DNA from: Octopus vulgaris
Lineage: Eukaryota
DNA length: 64,000 nt
Direction of reading: 5' to 3'
Assembly (NCBI GenBank): GCA_951406725.2
Contig: OX597828.1
Span: forward strand, 31,186,001-31,250,000
Made by a program: the position numbers and the translations under genes. A model generated the notes under the pieces. That model saw only the letters and a list, made by a program, of their open reading frames with translations. It ran no database searches and was not told the origin of the DNA. Every line of letters starts with the position of its first letter. The stretch's first letter is position 1. Below are positions 57,536-64,000 of this stretch, piece by piece.

Positions 57536-58409
57536 GTTTCCGTAGGTTTATATATTCGGAAAGCTGTTGTAACTGTCATTTCACCTCATAAATTTTAGGT
57601 TTCTTAATAATACTAATATTGCTAATTCACAAAGGCGTATTCGCAGTTTTAGTCTTTTCTTAAGTCTCCATAAAGTTGGAAATGTCATCCATGTCCATAT
57701 GCTTTCTCCTCTTCAATAGTTCATTAAATATTACTCCTTACGTAAACACTGAAATAAGCGTAGACACTGAAATAACTTTTCGTTCAGTATAATGTTTCCC
57801 TCTAAAGAGATTGACAATCCAATTGTATATGTTATACTTGAACATTATTATTTTAAATGAAGAACGCAAGAGGAATGATACAATGGCATTGCTTCTATTG
57901 AGTTTGCAAATATGCAGTTAGCCTGTTTGTTATATTGGCATTTATTATAAATTTTACATATGTGATATTCATTCATACGGTGTTCATTTAATTTTATCTA
58001 CACACACTAAATGGATGGAGTTTGCTGAAAAATTACTCAAATTGAACTAGGAATTTTATCATCGTATTAGAATCTAGAATCTAGATTATTGTCATTGTTT
58101 CGATAAATTGTAATTCATTAGTATGCATACATCATTGTACGATGTAAATACTTGTTATTGGTTGCTGTAGTGAAAAGAAGGAATACAGATCATCAATAAG
58201 ATGGCAGCATCCTATCTCGGAGAGGATGGGACAATGTGGAATATCGGCCTGGACATGTCTTTCTGCACTTGGAAATAAGTTACCAAAAAAGGCCTTGTGA
58301 ATTATGTTGGTAGCGAAGATATTACATATAACTACATGAAGAGTTTTCTTGTAAGGCAGACTCGCCCGTGAAGTAATAACTTGTATCTAAGAAATTATTT
58401 CCTGCCTCC

Positions 58410-58465
<56 letters not shown>

Positions 58466-58704
58466 CTCTCTCTCTCTCCCTCTTAATCTGGACAGATTAA
58501 AATGTACGTTTAAAAAATGCATTGCATTCGTGTGCGGTTTTTAGACTGTAAACTGTTTTCTTTCTATAAGAAATGTCTAACTCCGTAAAGAGTTTTATAT
58601 ATCAATATGCAGTGTTGACAATTCTAAAGAAGAATGATATAGCACCATAAAAGGCTGCGAAAAACCAGACACGCTATGGTCATAAAAATGTGTAAGGAAA
58701 TGAC

Positions 58705-59124
58705 AATTGAATGTGTATATTATATGCCCTTTAATAATTTGAATCAAATTCCAAACCTTCCAATCCCCGTTAATATAGTATAATTTAGAATGATAGCTGT
58801 TCGTATGATAGCTGTTCACCGGGTGTACACAAGGTGTAGAAAACAATCTACTCATGTCATGCAAACTATTGCATCTTCTTTTACAAGTTATGCAATTGGA
58901 TGTGTATATTGCATCTCCTTTTACAAGTTATGTAATTGAATGTGTATATTATATGTCCTTTAATAATTTGAATCAAATTCCAAACCTTCCAGTCCCCGTT
59001 AATATAGTATAATTTAGAATGATAGCTGTTCGTATGGTAGCTGTTCACCGGGTGTACACAAGGTGTAGAAAACATTCTACTCAAGTCATGCAGACCATTG
59101 CATCTCATTTTACAAGTTATGCAA
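58705..59124 (+). repeat. Recent tandem duplication of a ~190-bp unit
   Basis: 58705-58894 closely matches 58934-59124, with a 40-bp partial unit between them. Confidence 0.9.
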
Positions 59125-59164
59125 AACCATTGCAGCTCCTTTTTTTCAGATATTTTTAGCAAAT

Positions 59165-60615
59165 AGTAAGTACCCGGACATATTAAAGGAGGGAATAATA
59201 TACCCTATCCGCGAAGAAAGAAGCAGAGGAAATGCTAAAAACTATAGGCCTCTCTCCCCGACCTCACATATCAGTAGAATCACAGAACGGATATTCTGAA
59301 GGAGATTAATTGCATTCACTCAAGAGAATTGACTTGCCGATTGACACCCAGTACGGGTTTCGGTTAGGTAGAAGATGCCTGACACAGCTATGGCAGCATG
59401 ACAACTAGGTGCTAAAGCATCTGCTCAACAACTCAAAATTGGACGTGATATTTCTCAACTTTGCAAAAGACTTTGACAAAGTGGTTCATGATATGATTTG
59501 GCACAACGTGCGTTATCTTGGCATGACTGGAAAACATGGAAAATGACTTTCTACGAGATAGGTAGTGGTGGCCAACGGGGCCACCTCCAGGGAAACACGA
59601 ATAATAAGTGGTGTTCCGCAGGGCATTGACTTGGTGCCGCTGCTATTCATGGCGGTCCACCCTGACAGCTGCTCAAGTAGCCACCATTGCTAGCAATGCA
59701 GACAATACAAATGTCTCTCAGATGATACAGAACCATGATGTTGCGGATCTTCATCGTGAACCGTACGCAATATACAGGTGGGCTGAGGCAAATGGTATGC
59801 AGCTTATTGTTGGGAAATTCAATGCCCTACTCTACCAACACATGAAGCTCGATGCAACACAGATAGGTTATACTGACTCAGGCGGATTCCAATCCTTGAA
59901 TCAAAATTACTACGTGAGCTGGACATGGACAGGAGTATATTAACCAAGTTGGCAATAAAATGTAAATGCTTGGACGGACGGATCCTACAAACTTTGAAAA
60001 CGAGCGAAAAGGAAACTATGACAGACTCCTGGAGGACTTTGGTCCTCAACCGTCTAGATTACTGCTCCCTACTATAGTCAGCAAACTGTAAAATTAACCA
60101 CGAAACACGAGGCGATCCAGGAAAGCTATACAAAGTAGATCGGCTAAATGCGACATATCACTTCCTGGGAAAGACTGAAAGAATTAAGAATCTACTACCT
60201 AGAACGAATGCAGGAAAGATATACAGTAATATACATCTGGAAAATGCTAGACGAACTTGTACCAAACTTTGGCGTTTTCAGTTACACAAAGAGCAAGACG
60301 AGGCGCCATTGCATAGTACAAAAAATCCAACATTGCCGTCGGAATACAGTACCAGACAATGCACCAGCTCTTCAATATCACCCTCAAAGAAGGCCTGAGA
60401 GACCTGCATGAGGTGAATATTGACCTTTTCAAAACGAAACTGGATCTCTTTCTGTCAGGTCTATCAAATGAATTTATCGCGGGGAAAGAAATACAGAAGA
60501 GGGTTGCAACTTCAAACTCCCTCATCCACCAAATGTCACATACCAGGAGGTTTAGGTAAAGTGTAGTAAAGAAAACTGTGTTACTCCAGCATAACAGCAG
60601 TTCTCGGGCTGAAGC
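59165..60615 (+). mobile_element. CR1/L2-like LINE reverse transcriptase relic
   Basis: KNYRPLSPTS, QYGFRLGRRCLTQL, FLNFAKDFDKV, SGVPQG, NADNT; many stops and frameshifts. Confidence 0.9.
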
Positions 60616-60959
60616 CGATATACATACATGCATACATACATACATACATACATACATACATACATACATACATACATACATACATACATGCATACATACA
60701 CACACACAAACACATATAAACAAATAAACTTAATAACCACATTAATATGGCTGTTTGATATTACTACTCATTTAGACACAAGCAGATCCTCTGCAAGCTG
60801 GTAAGAGGTGCAGCCTGCACGCTGTATATATTACAATTAGGGGAGGGAACCCATACCATCCGCCAACAGATGAAGGGATCGCTAGACCGACTGGATTTCG
60901 CGCTATTTTTGCCCATACTCAGTCACGGCACCCGGCTGCTGTATGTTTGTCGTCGATGA

Positions 60960-61285
60960 AGTTGATAAGCGTGGATTGGTGTATGCTAATGGAAGTATCA
61001 AGAAAATTGATGTTGTAGCTGGAGATAGTGCAGGAGAAAGGGCAGGAAGAAAGGACTGGACGGAGGAGAAGAAGGAGCCACGATGTTCACGAGAGGGTGA
61101 GGTCGCGCTGATATAGTTGTCGATATAATGACCGTATAGCTTAAGAACTGAACCCGCGAACTGTGTGAATATTTGGACCTCAACATAATCAACGAACAGA
61201 TTCGCAGAGTTGGGGAGCATTCAAGTTCCCATGGTGGTTCCCGAGAATTGTTGATAAAACTCGCCTGCGAAAGAGAAGCAGTATG
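60960..61285 (-). mobile_element. PLE reverse transcriptase core fragment
   Basis: MGT*MLPNSANLFVDYVE...YGHYIDN (GxxMG..P..ANLF and YIDD-like). Confidence 0.75.
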
Positions 61286-62139
61286 TAAGTATATATCGAT
61301 ATAATGCAAAAAGTATGTGCCTAAACATTTTGACTGCCCGAAGAGAAAATTATTTGTAGACTCGTTGACAAACACATATATGTGAAAAAAGATTATATTA
61401 AATTCATTATATTCCGCAAGTGTTGTTAATGATTCCTTATGTAACATATGCACATAGAAAACGCATAAATGAAAAGCCATAAACTTGTACATTGTTTGTG
61501 CGTGCGTGTGTGTGTACACATCTTACATTTTGATGTAAGATAGGGAACTATCATGTTTTCATTGAATGCTGAATAAAAATTCTCCAAAATTGTGGTATAT
61601 ATCAAATATAATATTCGATTTAAATGCACATAGTTGTTAGTCAATAAAATTAATCAAAACATTAATTACGCAGTAAACATCCATACACATATACACACGC
61701 ACACAAATATATATGTGTATACATATCTGTGTCTTTGTGTATATACATACACACAAGTGCACACATATGTGCATTTCATTTAAAGCAATAATTCTCTCGG
61801 GATATATACACTATTTTGTTTCTTCTGTATATTTCAGAATGTAAGCACCTTATCTTTTTTGCATAGATCATTTATTTCCTTAATTTGGCAATTTGGAAAT
61901 CTCTGTTCATTGAAGGGTATGTACAGCGATAATAATTGCATTTAGCGTAAAAATGAATCTCCGGAAATAATCAAATACATAAACAAAATATTCTTAATAT
62001 CTATCTCCGTTTAGCAGCTGTCGCCTGTGTATGTGTTTGCTTTCAGAATCTATTTTGTAATTAATACTCAATTATTACATTTCTACTCAGCAAAATAACC
62101 GTAAACACGATTCTTTTTCCTCTGATTATTAGTTTTCTC

Positions 62140-62146
62140 CATAATG

Positions 62147-62211
<65 letters not shown>

Positions 62212-62512
62212 AATAATGATAATAATAACAATAAAAATTATAATATTTCTTTTATGTATTCTAAATCTCGAGAAATAGGTGGAACAAATAGGGGCTGCAA
62301 TAAGAGTGGAGCACTTGCAGCACTGCTTGGAATAGCTCGAATACTCCGGGAGGTGCTCGAAAAATGAGGCGTCTTACCTTAGTTAACTGGTAGTGAACAG
62401 GTGACACTTTAGTACATCTACAGTGTTACAAGCTGTGCAAAGGCAATAATAATAATGATGACGATGATAATAATAATAATATTATAATAATAATAGTAAT
62501 AATAATAATAAC

Positions 62513-62601
<89 letters not shown>

Positions 62602-63369
62602 TAATAATAATAATAATATAAAAAGCTTGGGAGGTTAAGCAGTTTTGGACGATGAAAAAGGTGTTAGAAGTACTAATAATTGCCAGAGCCCTAGGAACAG
62701 TGAGTAAAATATTGAGTAAAAGTACATGGACGAATAGGGGCTTGCAATACGGGTGGAGTACTTGCAGAAAACAGCACTGCTTGGAACCGCTCGAATACTC
62801 CGGATGGTGCTCGAAAAATAAGGGGTGTTGCCTGTTCACTGTTAGTGAACGGATGACACCGTAGTACTTATCCAGCGTTAGAGGTGGGGACTTGACAGAG
62901 TAAAAATTGTTACGACCGTAAACCTGAAGGCATCATAGAAAATGATAATGCAATCATCTTGTGGAATTTTATGATTCAGTGCGTCCATGTCATAGAGAAT
63001 AGGAAACCAGACATAGTCTTGAGAATGAAAGCAAACTATGCTAAATCATATATTGCATGCCCAGCTGACAACAAGGTATGCGATAAGGAAGAAAGAAAAG
63101 TCGAGAGCTTAGGAGGTTAAGCAGTTGTGGTCGATGATACAAGTGGTATTGGTACCAGTAATTGTCGGAACCCTAGGAACCGTGAGGAAAATTCTTGAGA
63201 AGTACATGCAACAAATAGGGGCTGCCATAAGTGTGGAGCACTTGTAGAAAACAGCACTGCTTGGAACAGGTCATATACTCCGGAAGGTGCTCGATAGATA
63301 TAGGGTGTTACCTTAGTTCAGCTGACACCATAGTACATATCCAGCGTTAGAAGCTCTGCAAAGGCAATG

Positions 63370-63466
<97 letters not shown>

Positions 63467-63956
63467 CAACAACAACAACAAACATCGTGTCTCCTCGTTG
63501 ATATGATTATCCGAATCGATATAAACATATCTCACAATACCTACCAAAAACTGAGCAAGTATAAAGATCTTGAAATAAAAATTAGCAAAACCTGAAGATT
63601 AAACAATACCTGTTGACATAGGTGCCCTGGGAATGATAGCAAAAGAGACTGATTGCTACCTAGTTCAGATACCAAGAAACCCCAAAATGACGGAAATTCA
63701 AAAGATAGTGCTCATGGGAACTGCCCATATCTTACGCAAAATACTATCTATGTAATCTCAAATTTTAAAACAAACATAATTTTCTTATGGTTTCTTAAAC
63801 ATGCTCTAGAACGACAAAACCAAATGTACAAAACCAAATCTATGGTACCCTAGGCATAACGTCAACACGAACTTCCAACTTGTCTCTTGGGGTCTCTAGG
63901 TGGGATTTTGATCCAAGTTGTTCAAACGTAAAGCAAAAGTTAAACATGAAATGTGA

Positions 63957-63995
<39 letters not shown>

Positions 63996-64000
63996 GAAGA
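62140..64000 (+). mobile_element. Cluster of R4/Dong-like (RLE) LINE 3' fragments within (TAA)n arrays
   Basis: ENDNAIILWNFMIQCVHVIENRKPDIV and QKTALLGTARILR. Repeated 3' ends at ~62270-62445, ~62620-62880, ~62880-63370 and ~63480-63960, most bounded by (TAA)n. Confidence 0.8.

Overview
AT-rich, repeat-dense animal genomic DNA. The SINE families, microsatellite load and transposon types suggest a coleoid cephalopod, probably Octopus (inference). No intact host gene is visible, and most ORFs in the track are microsatellite artefacts. Two layers stand out. (1) The unique DNA between the repeats reads, on the minus strand and across many stops and frameshifts, as two tandem, heavily decayed, apparently intron-poor genes. 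Copy A (~58210 to ~37400) runs: signal-peptide-like start, many cadherin repeats, a Cys-rich (SMB/Methuselah-like) region, then a class-B-like 7TM domain. Copy B (~22950 to beyond base 1) is another cadherin array. These calls come from motifs read by eye and need frameshift-aware confirmation. (2) Many (TA)n tracts carry Penelope-like element (PLE) pieces. These include a young Neptune-type RT/GIY-YIG copy, a Naiad-like N-terminus, and about 10 short fold-back elements built from inverted PLE termini, many carrying minimal type-I hammerhead ribozymes or their halves. Some hammerheads have a U3-A8 core, and one family has a tRNA-like head followed by a hammerhead. Also present: mariner/Tc1 relics, CR1-like, L1/Tx1-like and R4/Dong-like LINE fragments, and two tRNA-derived SINE families.
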